A DNA stretch of 44,586 nucleotides. Origin: Chitinophagales bacterium. Lineage in GTDB: Bacteria > Bacteroidota > Bacteroidia > Chitinophagales > Saprospiraceae. The translations under genes were made by a program, and so were the position numbers. The stretch is from the NCBI GenBank assembly GCA_013297575.1, contig JAAFHO010000001.1:1-44586 (forward strand). The letters run 5' to 3'. This document shows positions 38,522 through 44,586 of the stretch, piece after piece. The notes under the pieces are model-generated. The model saw only the letters and a program-made list of their open reading frames with translations, searched no databases and was not told the origin of the DNA. The stretch's first letter is position 1, and every line of letters starts with the position of its first letter.

Positions 38522-38841
38522 ACACCATAATTATAAGCATCACCGACCGCGAAAATCAAGTCCATGAACTCGAAACACCCACCGATATGGGTTTGAGTAT
38601 CATGGAATTGTGCAAATCATATGAATTACCCGTAGAAGGTACTTGCGGAGGAATGGCACTTTGCGCTAGTTGCCATGTCTATGTGCTTTCTGAACACGAT
38701 CTGCATGAACCATCAGACGATGAACTTGCCATGTTGGATTCAGCATTTTTTGTAAAGCCGAACTCTCGTTTGGGTTGCCAAATTAAAATCACCGAAGCAT
38801 TGGATGGCTTGAAATTGAAATTAGCCCCTGTAAGTACATAA
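38512..38841 (+). CDS. 2Fe-2S ferredoxin (adrenodoxin/Fdx type)
   Basis: 109 aa with the cluster ligand pattern C-x5-C-x2-C (GTCGGMALCASCHV) plus a distal C (RLGCQI). Its ATG overlaps the last 10 nt of the preceding gene. Confidence 0.85.
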   Translation: MLLNTIIISITDRENQVHELETPTDMGLSIMELCKSYELPVEGTCGGMALCASCHVYVLSEHDLHEPSDDELAMLDSAFFVKPNSRLGCQIKITEALDGLKLKLAPVST

Positions 38842-38882
38842 AAAAAATCGGATTAATAGATACTAATCCCTGCGTGTTGCCT

Positions 38883-38890
38883 ACTTTTGT
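38883..38890 (+). promoter_or_regulatory. -7 promoter box (TActTTTG)
   Basis: Exact TAnnTTTG match, 20 nt upstream of the ATG at 38911. Confidence 0.4.
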
Positions 38891-38910
38891 CCTGATTATC
38901 CGACAACATT

Positions 38911-39516
38911 ATGGCAAAAAAAAATAAAAATCCCCTTCACACCTCCAGACGTACGTTTTTTAAGCAAAGTGCGGTGCTGGCAGCGGTAGCAGTTACGCCT
39001 TCAACTGTATTGGAAGCGGCAGAAAATCGCACTTTTGATAAAGCGGCATACGCATTGGAGCAAGTACCCATTACGCTCTCCATTAACGGAAAAGTGCAAA
39101 AAGTGATGGTGGAACCTCGTGTAACACTTTTAGATTTGTTGCGCGAACAACTGGGTTTAACTGGTACTAAAAAAGGCTGTGATCACGGACAATGCGGTGC
39201 TTGTACCATTCATATTGATGGAAGACGTGTAAACTCCTGTCTTACTTTGGCCATTATGCAAGAAGGTCGCGAAATAACGACGATAGAAGGTTTGGCCAAT
39301 GGCGAAGAACTTCACCCAATGCAAGCAGCATTTATTAAACACGATGGCCTACAATGCGGCTATTGTACCCCAGGACAAATCATGTCGGCAGTAGCCTGTG
39401 TCAATGAAGGCCATACCAATAATGATTTTGAAATACGGGAATTTATGAGTGGCAATTTGTGCCGTTGTGGCGCTTACCCCAATATCGTTAACGCCATAAA
39501 AGAAGTTGCTCAATGA
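38911..39516 (+). CDS. molybdoenzyme [2Fe-2S]-binding small subunit with Tat signal (PaoA/YagT-like)
   Basis: Twin-arginine signal SRRTFFKQSAVLAAVA. Two 2Fe-2S motifs are present (CDHGQCGACT and CGYCTPGQ...CRCGAY). Confidence 0.85.
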   Translation: MAKKNKNPLHTSRRTFFKQSAVLAAVAVTPSTVLEAAENRTFDKAAYALEQVPITLSINGKVQKVMVEPRVTLLDLLREQLGLTGTKKGCDHGQCGACTIHIDGRRVNSCLTLAIMQEGREITTIEGLANGEELHPMQAAFIKHDGLQCGYCTPGQIMSAVACVNEGHTNNDFEIREFMSGNLCRCGAYPNIVNAIKEVAQ

Positions 39517-40490
39517 AACTATTTCAGTACCACAGACCCACAGATACACAATCGGCACTTGATTTATTCCAAAAGAATGAAGGTGCACAGTATATAGCAG
39601 GTGCGACGAACCTACTCGATCTAATGAAAAAGGATATCGTAGCACCTGATCATTTGATCGATATTAGCCGTTTGCCTTTAAATAGTATCCAAAATGGCCC
39701 TTTAGGTGTTACTATTGGAGCATTGGCATTGAATAGTGATGTGGCTATGCACCAAATCATAACGCAACAATACCCACTTGTAGCCCAAGCATTATTGGCA
39801 GGTGCATCCCCGCAATTGCGGAATATGGCTACCGTTGGCGGCAATATTTTACAAAGAACCCGCTGCCCCTATTTTTATGATATTGCCATGCCTTGTAACA
39901 AACGCCAACCCGGTTCTGGTTGCGGCGCTAAAGAAGGCTTTAATCGTATGTCCGCTATTTTTGGTGCCAGCGATAGTTGTGTGGCCGTGCACCCTAGCGA
40001 TTTATGTGTCGCATTAGCCGCCTTGGACGCAACAATTACTGTAAAATCGGCTAAACAAGAGCGCATTATTGATTTTAAGGACTTCCACCGCTTGCCTGGC
40101 AATACACCTGAAAAGGATAATATTTTGGAAAAAGGGGAATTGATAACGAGCATTACTATTCCTAAAAACAATTTCACAAAGTTCCATAACTATATGAAAG
40201 TGAGGGATCGTGCTTCTTACGCATTTGCGTTGGTTTCGGTTGCTGTGGCATTTGAAATAAAAGACAGCGTAATTCTTGATGCACGCATTGCGCTTGGCGG
40301 TGTAGCGCATAAGCCTTGGCGTGCCTACGAAGCAGAAGCCTACTTAAAAGGCAAATCAGACTCTGAAAACTCTTTTAAAGCAGCAGCTGCTCTTGTAGTA
40401 AAAGAGGCTAAACCATTGACGCATAATGCCTTTAAAGTAAAAATGGCCGAACAAACCGTACTTGCGGCAATGTTGGCAATATTTAACTAA
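39513..40490 (+). CDS. molybdoenzyme FAD-binding subunit (PaoB/YagS-like)
   Basis: 325 aa with FAD_binding_5/CO-dehydrogenase flavoprotein motifs (AGATNLLDLMK, ATVGGN). There is a 4-nt overlap with the upstream gene. Confidence 0.85.
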   Translation: MKLFQYHRPTDTQSALDLFQKNEGAQYIAGATNLLDLMKKDIVAPDHLIDISRLPLNSIQNGPLGVTIGALALNSDVAMHQIITQQYPLVAQALLAGASPQLRNMATVGGNILQRTRCPYFYDIAMPCNKRQPGSGCGAKEGFNRMSAIFGASDSCVAVHPSDLCVALAALDATITVKSAKQERIIDFKDFHRLPGNTPEKDNILEKGELITSITIPKNNFTKFHNYMKVRDRASYAFALVSVAVAFEIKDSVILDARIALGGVAHKPWRAYEAEAYLKGKSDSENSFKAAAALVVKEAKPLTHNAFKVKMAEQTVLAAMLAIFN

Positions 40491-40509
40491 TTCAAATCCT
40501 CTAACAGCA

Positions 40510-42723
40510 ATGAATCATACAAATACTATTTCTGGTGACTCAACTGACCGTGTTGACGGGCGCGACAAAGTAACTGGAACAGCAAAATATACAGCCGAAA
40601 TACCATTACCAAACTTAGTTTATGGTGTATTGGTAGGAAGTACCATTGCAAAAGGTGTCATTAAAAAAATAGATACCTCCGCAGCAGAGAAAGCCGCAGG
40701 GGTCATATCAGTGATTACCCATAAAAATAGCACAAAACTCTTTGGTCTTAAAAAATCAAAGACTGCTAAAAAACTAGACCTAGGTCTTCGTGTTTTTCAT
40801 AGCAAAGACATTGTTTTCAACGGTCAACCCATCGCTTTAGTCGTCGCAGATCGCTTAGAACAAGCACAATATGCCGCTTCTTTGGTCAAATGCACCTACG
40901 AACAAGCACCACATACCACCGATTTTGGCACTCATCTCGATCAGGCACGCCCTTCTTCCAGTAAATGGCTTTCCGATACAAAACGAGGCGATGTAACCGC
41001 TTGGAGCAATGCACCTTTTAAAGTGGATCAAGCATATACTACCCCACAAGAGGTACACAACCCAATGGAGATGCACAGTACCACTGCTATTTGGGAAGGA
41101 GATGAAAAACTGACTGTTTACGACAAAAACCACGCAGTACAAGATATTAGGGATACGCTCGCCAAAGCCCTAAAATTAGAAAAAGAACAAGTTGTTGTTA
41201 ATTCAGAATTTATCGGCGGTGGATTTGGTTCCGGTTTGCGCGTATGGCCACACACTTTTGCGGCTATTATCGCAGCAAAAATGCTCAAACGCCCAGTAAA
41301 GGTGAGTGTTACGCGCCCACAAATGTTTACTATGACGGGTTATCGCCCCGCAACTGCTCAAAAAGTAAGTATTGGTGCCACAAAAGATGGTAAGATTGTT
41401 GGGATAAAACACGAAGCAATTGGGCAAACATCAGAGTATGAAGAGTTCGCAGAGAGCGTTACAGGCATCACCAAAATGCTGTATGCTTGCCCCAATCTGG
41501 AAACCAATTATAAGGTGCTTCCACTTACTTACAGCACACCGATTTGGATGCGTGCACCAGGAGAAGCAACAGGATCATTTGCATTAGAAACGGCTATGGA
41601 CGAATTGGCATATTCATTAAACATGGATCCTGTCCAATTGCGCAAAAAAAACTACGCTGAAACACACCCCGATGACAACAAGCCTTGGTCGAGCAACCAT
41701 TTGACTGAATGCTTAATTAAGGCAGCAAGACAATTTGATTGGGAGGCGCGAAAACCTGAACCTCGCTCTTCCAGCGATAGGGACTGGTGGGTAGGTACGG
41801 GTATGGCGGTAGGCTCTTGGGGTGCTTGGCGTGCACCAGCCACTGCAAGAGCGGTATTAGATTCAAAAGGAAATTTATTGATACAAAGTGCGACGAGCGA
41901 TATGGGACCAGGCACCTCCACCACTATGGTAAAAATCGCATCTGATGCTAGTGGAATCCCAATGGGGAAAATACGTTTTGAGTTGGGTAAATCAAATCTC
42001 CCCCCTTCACCTGGCCAAGGAGGAAGCGTTACTGTCGCCTCGGTTGGATCTGCGGTTTATGATATTTGTACTGAAATCAAGCAAAAATTATTAGATATAG
42101 CCGTTGAGACGCTTGGGGAAACATACAAAGAGGCCAAAATAGAAGATGTATTTCTTATCAATGGCAAAATGGGGATCAAAGGGAAGCCCGCATCGTTAGT
42201 TACGTTTGCTGATTTGATGGAGAAAAAAAATATTACCGAAGTAGAAGCGACAAAAACATCTTCCAGTGGAGAAGAAGGCGGAAAATATGCCTTTTATTCC
42301 TTTGGAGCGCACTTTGCAGAAGTATATGTACACAAATATACGGGTGCTGTACGCGTCACGCGCTTTGTATCGTGTGTAGATGCAGGTAGAATCATGAATA
42401 ACAAAACGGCATCCAGCCAAATTAGCGGTGCTGTGGTGATGGGAATCGGAATGGCACTCATGGAGGAGCAACATATGGATCATCAACATGGTAGGTTGGT
42501 CGCTAATGATTTTGCAGGTTACCATATACCGGTACAAGCAGATGTTCCCAATATCGAAGTAATTTTTGTGGATAAAGCAGATCCGTACCTCAATAAGATG
42601 GGCGCAAAAGGACTTGGTGAAATTGGTTTGATTGGTGCCGCAGCAGCCATTGGTAATGCCGTTTTTCATGCAACAGGCAAACGTGTACGAAATTTACCTA
42701 TCACACCTGATAAATTAATTTAG
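40510..42723 (+). CDS. molybdopterin-binding large subunit of the xanthine dehydrogenase/aldehyde oxidase family (PaoC/YagR-like)
   Basis: Start at MNHTNTISGDSTDRVDGRDKVTGTAKY. Family motifs are present (GGGFGS, MGPGTST, GLGE..L). Confidence 0.88.
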   Translation: MNHTNTISGDSTDRVDGRDKVTGTAKYTAEIPLPNLVYGVLVGSTIAKGVIKKIDTSAAEKAAGVISVITHKNSTKLFGLKKSKTAKKLDLGLRVFHSKDIVFNGQPIALVVADRLEQAQYAASLVKCTYEQAPHTTDFGTHLDQARPSSSKWLSDTKRGDVTAWSNAPFKVDQAYTTPQEVHNPMEMHSTTAIWEGDEKLTVYDKNHAVQDIRDTLAKALKLEKEQVVVNSEFIGGGFGSGLRVWPHTFAAIIAAKMLKRPVKVSVTRPQMFTMTGYRPATAQKVSIGATKDGKIVGIKHEAIGQTSEYEEFAESVTGITKMLYACPNLETNYKVLPLTYSTPIWMRAPGEATGSFALETAMDELAYSLNMDPVQLRKKNYAETHPDDNKPWSSNHLTECLIKAARQFDWEARKPEPRSSSDRDWWVGTGMAVGSWGAWRAPATARAVLDSKGNLLIQSATSDMGPGTSTTMVKIASDASGIPMGKIRFELGKSNLPPSPGQGGSVTVASVGSAVYDICTEIKQKLLDIAVETLGETYKEAKIEDVFLINGKMGIKGKPASLVTFADLMEKKNITEVEATKTSSSGEEGGKYAFYSFGAHFAEVYVHKYTGAVRVTRFVSCVDAGRIMNNKTASSQISGAVVMGIGMALMEEQHMDHQHGRLVANDFAGYHIPVQADVPNIEVIFVDKADPYLNKMGAKGLGEIGLIGAAAAIGNAVFHATGKRVRNLPITPDKLI

Positions 42724-42731
42724 GAAACTAT

Positions 42732-42772
42732 AAGGTATAACGTATCACTGAGGCGCAGGTACGTTATACCTT
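42732..42772. terminator. bidirectional hairpin between convergent genes
   Basis: 13-bp perfect stem aaggtataacgta / tacgttatacctt with a 15-nt loop. A T/A-rich tract follows. Confidence 0.55.
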
Positions 42773-42808
42773 ATTATTATACTAAGCGTCGTTAGGTTTC
42801 GTATATAT

Positions 42809-44017
42809 TCAGCGGTTGCGTTCCATACGCCTAAATCCCAGCAATGCCAACAAAGCGAAGCCGCAAGTGACTACCCATAAAGTATTGAAACCCCATGTGG
42901 CAATGATTTGTGTACCTAACAAGGGCGCAAAAATATTGGCAAAAGAGTAAGACAAACCATAAGCCGCCATATATCCGCCTTTATTGGCACGTTCATTGGC
43001 TATAGAGTAGGCCAAATTACCACTAAATGGCATGACCAGCATTTCGCCAAAGGAAATAAAAATCATGTACAAAACTGCTGCGAATACGCCTGCTACCGGC
43101 ATTAAAAAGGCAGAATAAGCCACAATATACAAGAAAATCCCGATTTGGACATACACAAATGGTGGCCTTCTTTTTTCAATATAAAAAATAAAAGGCATTT
43201 CAATTAAGAAAACCAATGCGCCATTTAAAGCCATAATCCATCCAATTTTATCTTCCTGCCAACCAAAACTGTCCTTAAAATAAACAGGTACCGTCCATAA
43301 CATTTGCATAAATGCCATCGCTCCTAAAAAAGTGCAGAATAGAAAAGGCATAAAGGTTTTGTCCAAATAAGGTTTTATTTTGGGTAAATCTTTACTTTCC
43401 TCGGTTGCCACCTCCAATTCAGTTTTCTTTACTGGTTTCAATAACAAACGCAACCCAACAGCCGCAGCAATACAAGTCAATCCATCGGCCCAAAACAGCC
43501 AATGCCAGCCAAAATTACCCGCAATGATACCACCCAAAGCAGGTGCAATCGTAAATCCAAGGTTATATGCCAACCTCAATACCGAAATAGAACGCGTCCT
43601 ATTCGTTGTATTGGTATAAAGTGCCATTGCAACTTGGTTGGCTGGTCGAAATGATTCCGAAATAACACTTACCGAAAAAACGGCTAAGCACATGGGCCAA
43701 AAATTATGTACCAAAAGCATGGATAATAACAATAAGCCGTTGAGCAATAAAGAGAGCAATTGTACAGGATAATAACCCACTTTATCTGTCAATCTGCCGC
43801 CAATCCATGTTCCAACCAAGGCACCAATACCAAACATAGTCATCACATAACCAGCCTCAACAATAGAAAATCCTAGGTGTTTGGTGAGATAAACAGATAA
43901 AAAAATGAGTACCATACCGCCACAGCGGTTGATAAAATTAACAAAAGACAATAACCAAACCGCTCGAGGGATGCCTTTAAATGAATTGGTCCAATGGGTG
44001 TAAAAGGTTAAAAGCAT
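42809..44017 (-). CDS. MFS transporter
   Basis: 402 aa with about 12 hydrophobic segments and the MFS motif GGRLTDKVG. Confidence 0.8.
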   Translation of the reverse strand: MLLTFYTHWTNSFKGIPRAVWLLSFVNFINRCGGMVLIFLSVYLTKHLGFSIVEAGYVMTMFGIGALVGTWIGGRLTDKVGYYPVQLLSLLLNGLLLLSMLLVHNFWPMCLAVFSVSVISESFRPANQVAMALYTNTTNRTRSISVLRLAYNLGFTIAPALGGIIAGNFGWHWLFWADGLTCIAAAVGLRLLLKPVKKTELEVATEESKDLPKIKPYLDKTFMPFLFCTFLGAMAFMQMLWTVPVYFKDSFGWQEDKIGWIMALNGALVFLIEMPFIFYIEKRRPPFVYVQIGIFLYIVAYSAFLMPVAGVFAAVLYMIFISFGEMLVMPFSGNLAYSIANERANKGGYMAAYGLSYSFANIFAPLLGTQIIATWGFNTLWVVTCGFALLALLGFRRMERNR

Positions 44018-44100
44018 ATTTTAAGAAGGCTAGTATAAAAAGCATTAAAGTATTAGGAACGATAAAACACACAAAAAGATTCCAATGTTGGTAATTTTTG

Positions 44101-44173
44101 CAGGAGCAGTAGGTCTCGAACCTACAACCTTCAGTTTTGGAGACTGACACTCTACCTATTGAGCTATACTCCT
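44101..44173 (-). tRNA. tRNA-Trp (anticodon CCA)
   Basis: Manual cloverleaf: acceptor AGGAGTA/TGCTCCT (one G-U), D-stem GCTC/GAGT, anticodon arm TCAGT-CTCCAAA-ACTGA, T-arm GTAGG-TTCGAGA-CCTAC, discriminator G. 73 nt. Confidence 0.85.
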
Positions 44174-44190
44174 GAATGATGGAGAGTGCG

Positions 44191-44263
44191 TAGCAGTGGA
44201 GAGACTCGAACTCCCGACCTCCGGTATGTAAAACCGTTGCGCTTGCCGCTGCGCCACACTGCT
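44191..44263 (-). tRNA. tRNA-Val (anticodon TAC)
   Basis: Manual cloverleaf: acceptor AGCAGTG/CACTGCT, D-stem GCGC/GCGC, anticodon loop TTTACAT, T-arm GGGAG-TTCGAGT-CTCTC, discriminator A. 73 nt. Confidence 0.85.
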
Positions 44264-44269
44264 ATTAAG

Positions 44270-44377
44270 AGCCGACAATAGGAATCGAACCTATCTAAGT
44301 ACTTGGACACAATTAATTGTGTCCAAGTACTTATCCTGTTTACAAGACAGGTGCATCACCATGTATGCTTTGTTGGC
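44270..44377 (-). tRNA. tRNA-Thr(TGT)-like gene with a 36-38 nt perfect palindrome inserted in the variable loop (functional status unknown)
   Basis: Acceptor GCCAACA/TGTCGGC (one A-C mismatch), A8 instead of U8, D-arm GCAT-ACATGGTG-ATGC, anticodon arm CCTGT-CTTGTAA-ACAGG, 40-nt variable region, T-arm ATAGG-TTCGATT-CCTAT. 108 nt. Confidence 0.55.
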
Positions 44378-44384
44378 TAATTTT

Positions 44385-44459
44385 TGGCTGGCCTAATAGG
44401 ATTCGAACCTATATCCATTGGGTTAACAACCCACCGCTCCACCGTTGAGCTATAAGCCA
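44385..44459 (-). tRNA. tRNA-Asn (anticodon GTT), CCA encoded
   Basis: Acceptor TGGCTTA/TAGGCCA (U1-A72, one G-U), D-arm GCTC-AACGGTG-GAGC, anticodon loop TTGTTAA, T-arm ATAGG-TTCGAAT-CCTAT, discriminator G followed by CCA. Confidence 0.85.
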
Positions 44460-44485
44460 GTTTGTAACAAGTATTATGTTTGTAG

Positions 44486-44560
44486 TGGAGGCTATGGGTA
44501 TCGAACCCACCTCACGCTGCATGCAAAGCAGCATCGCCATGCCTTGGAACATTTACCCCC
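44486..44560 (-). tRNA. tRNA-Ala(TGC)-like gene with a non-canonical D-arm (possible pseudogene)
   Basis: Acceptor GGGGGTA/AGCCTCC with G3-U70. The anticodon arm GCTGC-TTTGCAT-GCAGC is perfect, and the T-arm is GTGGG-TTCGATA-CCCAT. The 21 nt between the acceptor and anticodon stems (AATGTTCCAAGGCATGGCGAT) do not fold into a normal 4-bp D-stem. Confidence 0.45.
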
Positions 44561-44573
44561 GAATAGTATGTTA

Positions 44574-44586
44574 TGGGTGCGCACGG
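44574..44586 (-). tRNA. possible 3' end of a further tRNA gene (partial at window edge)
   Basis: The minus strand reads ...CCGTGCGCA-C-CCA, consistent with a 3' acceptor strand, discriminator and CCA. The rest lies outside the window. Confidence 0.2.

Noticed and set aside
38911-42723. The three-subunit molybdoenzyme locus as a novel system
   Set aside because: The order and motifs are canonical for a PaoABC/YagTSR-like periplasmic aldehyde oxidoreductase: a Tat-signal 2Fe-2S subunit, an FAD subunit and a MoCo subunit. Nothing is unusual beyond its position next to the ferredoxin.
44018-44586. Integrase or prophage attachment at the tRNA cluster
   Set aside because: No integrase, excisionase or duplicated tRNA 3'-half direct repeat is visible inside the window. 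The adjacent gene is an ordinary MFS transporter. Whatever lies beyond 44586 cannot be assessed.

Overview
This is a chromosomal window from a Bacteroidota-type genome. The evidence is two kinds of T9SS C-terminal sorting domain, SprB repeats, recurrent TAnnTTTG -7 promoter boxes and a bS22-like mini-protein. Most of it is housekeeping: hisG-hisD behind a His-codon leader peptide and attenuator, yidD, an M1 peptidase, deoC, a SPOR protein and rodA, RNase G, HU, yicC, yebC, engB, an acyltransferase, a crotonase, a TrxR-type FNR, a 2Fe-2S ferredoxin, PaoABC-like molybdoenzyme subunits and two MFS transporters. There are also two very large T9SS cargo proteins and, at the 3' end, a minus-strand cluster of five tRNA genes. 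The strongest accessory signal is an AT-rich two-gene cassette (36583-38521) wedged between the FNR and ferredoxin genes. It encodes a 472-aa ABC/AAA_15-21-type ATPase followed by a 170-aa protein with a clear PD-(D/E)xK nuclease motif. The architecture resembles Septu, PARIS or OLD defence systems but uses a different effector. Other items worth a second look are: (1) a tRNA-Thr(UGU)-like gene with a perfect 36-38 nt palindrome in its variable loop; (2) a tRNA-Ala-like gene with a non-canonical D-arm; (3) a translationally coupled operon of lipoprotein, PduO adenosyltransferase, an HD-less PgpH-like 7TM protein and a membrane squalene/phytoene-synthase-like protein; (4) a MITE-like 160-bp palindrome with 8-bp flanking direct repeats; (5) a degenerate tandem-repeat array between convergent genes; (6) an apparent 1-nt frameshift at the 5' end of rodA; (7) a roughly 440-nt strand-skewed non-coding leader upstream of RNase G. 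All functional calls come from reading motifs in the translations; no database search was possible.
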